From Ginglymostoma cirratum (taxonomy: Eukaryota), in assembly GCA_024137785.1 (NCBI GenBank), contig JAHRHZ010000046.1:31286320-31350319 (forward strand): a DNA stretch of 64,000 bases. Direction: 5' to 3'. This document shows positions 61,501 to 64,000 of the stretch, one piece after another. The notes beneath the pieces are model-generated. The model was not told the DNA's origin. It saw nothing but the letters and a program-made list of their open reading frames with translations, and did not search any database. The position numbers and the translations under genes are program-made. Numbering within the stretch: position 1 is the first letter of the stretch; every line of letters begins with the position of its first letter.

Positions 61501-64000
61501 GACTGATTTTGACGTTAGCTGTTGATATAGCACGTTGACAAACAATAAATCTCTGCAATCTACAGTTTATTTTGCAAAATGCAAGGGAAAATCTGCTCTT
61601 TAAGTGGATAATTGATATTGAAAGCCTTGTTAAAGCAGACCTGGACTCTCTTTGTCATTTGGTGGGACATATCTGAAATTCTATCACTTTATCAGTACAA
61701 ACCCTTTCATTTCCCTGGAGGAGAACTAGATTTTCCATTGGGTAGAAATGTAAGAGACAGCTAGTATGCATGCTATGACAATCTGTTTAGGACCATTATG
61801 AAAAAGATACATAATTATAATATTCCTCTATTGCAAGAATATTTTTGACTAATTGATACTTCTGTGAAATACAGGAAGTACGTATTCCTTTGTTTTCATT
61901 GGTAACTGTGCAAAACTTATACTAGAAAAAGTATACTCTGACACACTGAAATACTATGAACATTTAACTTCAGCATTAGCCAATATATTCTCATTCCTTT
62001 AACTTTATACATCATATAACTTTGTCAATAGACATGATTAAAACAATTCAGGATAATGAAATATGAAAAATCAACTCAGAATAACATACAGATGTCACAT
62101 ACCAAAACAAAATCTGGTGAGAAATTCTTGCTGCTTAAAATAAAATGTATAAAATCCTCGGTTATACAGTGAAGTGCATTAATATAACAAAATTCAATCA
62201 AAAGTGAACCATTAATAATTAAGTTGAAAGAATAAAAGGTCACCTCATATTCTCAATAGTTACACCATTTCCCTCCCAATACTTCAGTTGTGGGATTCAA
62301 ATCAGTCAAAACTAATATTGCTGGCTCAAGAGATTCTCTGTTTTACATAAGATAAAAGATCCAACATGATTTTAACCAAATTTAGATTGAAGGTAGATCT
62401 CAGGAAATTCATTACAGTAAATGATTTCGCTTTAGCCACAAGAACACTTAATTAATTGATTTTGTTGCATCCTTCCTGTAAGGTTCATCTTCTGAAATGC
62501 ACAGTAAAAATAACACAAAGGTCACTGTAACAGGAGCTTTGGTAATGATGGGCGTCAGCTGGGTAAATCAATTCTCGTCTGGGGTCATGTTTAAAAATGA
62601 TTAAAATACGTGGTAAATAACTTCATCTTCGTTTCCTTACCACAGAAAAGCATGGTACCCTGTAGATACTGTAGCAAAATCCAGCAATGAAAAGGTATTC
62701 GTAACAAAAAAAAACACATCATGTTTATTATCAGATAAAATAAAGAGATTCCAACAGACAAAAGATTGTTACAAAGAGCAAGATTTCTCCTGATGTATTG
62801 GTAGATCATTTGATTGAAAACAGTATTCTCTCTCTCTGTCTCTTAAGAGTTGTCAATTTACCAATTCAATCTGGTTACAGATCCCCAGTATGCTCCACTG
62901 GGAATCTATATCACTGACTATAAAAGGTCTCAACTAATCCTAATTTTCTTTTCAGTTTTACATAAAATCGTCCTTTACCAAGCCATCCAAACATTGTTAA
63001 AAGAAGACACGAATGATCTTGTGGGTCCACTGATATGCTTTCATGTCAGCGAGGGTTATAATCCACCACCTTGTTCATTACAGGCTAGTGTTTTATTAGT
63101 AATGAATACAACACACAGCATGGACAGTAAAAGACATTGGGCACTGGACTGTCAGCCCTGTTAGTCTAGGTTAATTCTTAAAATGTCAACACTGGGTTTG
63201 AACTCTAATACTTTAAATGAATATTCTCTAAAATAAAATCTAATTGATCTTCTCTGGCAGTCCTCATGAGCATTCCTGGTTTCAAGATATCTTGTTAAGT
63301 TTAGTTGTGATGATGGAGCTGTGTTAAATTGGCCTGTCCCTTTAAAGCCACCTCCTTTGTACAAAGTGAATCAAACTGACCAGCTTTGATGTCAGTTTGG
63401 GGTTGAAAGAAGTTGTTGAGAAAAGTGCCTGTAGATTTGCAGCTGTTTGCAAATGCCAATTTTTACCCTTGAGGAAGTTAGGTTAATAATGTCATACAAA
63501 CCATTGAGAAATGACTGACATTCTTTATCATTCTCAAAGACGTTTTTCTCAAATTCATTTTGCATCTGTAAGTAGTTGCGACACTTTGAAATGTGATGCC
63601 TTACATGAAGAATAACATGGAAAGTTTTTAGTTTCAAGATCAACCAAATCTTGCATAGCCCATTGATTCATTCATACACAACAGGTCAATCTTACAGTTA
63701 GTGTTTAATATTATGCTAGCAGTTATGATCTCCATCTATGGTTGTTAAAAATAATTTAATATTAACCTTTTGAACTGTACCCATATCCCTTGAAAAATCA
63801 ACTATGTTCATTCAGCATCCATTATGGATGAACACCACCACATGCGGCGCTCCCAATCCAAAAGTAACAAATTAGCAGTTCTCCTGATTCCAATGGAAAT
63901 TTGATGTCAGTTTGTTATTATCCATTGTGCTCAATGCAAAGACAAAACCTGCCCTAGACCCCTGATTTTACTGAGATAGGATTTTCAAGTTGGGGAAGGA

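Noticed and set aside
1-64000. CRISPR array, rRNA, prokaryotic operons
   Set aside because: There is no regularly spaced repeat-spacer array, no rRNA similarity and very low coding density; this is eukaryotic intronic DNA.

Overview
This is vertebrate, non-prokaryotic DNA. The repeat content (CR1, Deu-domain SINEs, Penelope-like elements, Harbinger and Gypsy relics) suggests a cartilaginous fish such as a shark; that is an inference. The only host coding sequence I can support is the first coding exon of the 'MQLLKA...KEG' isoform of TAFA5/FAM19A5 on the minus strand (54766-54856). It has a CpG-rich promoter (TATA, CCAAT, CRE) near 55.9 kb and a candidate REST/RE1 site. I found no TAFA5 exon 2, so the ~55 kb to its left looks like one large, repeat-rich intron. 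The most striking structure is a dispersed set of about 13 short (100-250 bp) insertions related to the end of Penelope-like retroelements. Most are head-to-head fold-backs with a minimal hammerhead-ribozyme motif (CUGANGA...GAAACGUY) at or near the centre. Six have 12-15 bp target-site duplications, and in five one arm is a nearly constant 32-37 nt longer than the other. They fall into 3-4 sequence families of different ages. A decayed, 5'-truncated RT + GIY-YIG Penelope-like copy (36791-38773) carries the same terminal module. Relic boundaries are approximate and no database search was possible.
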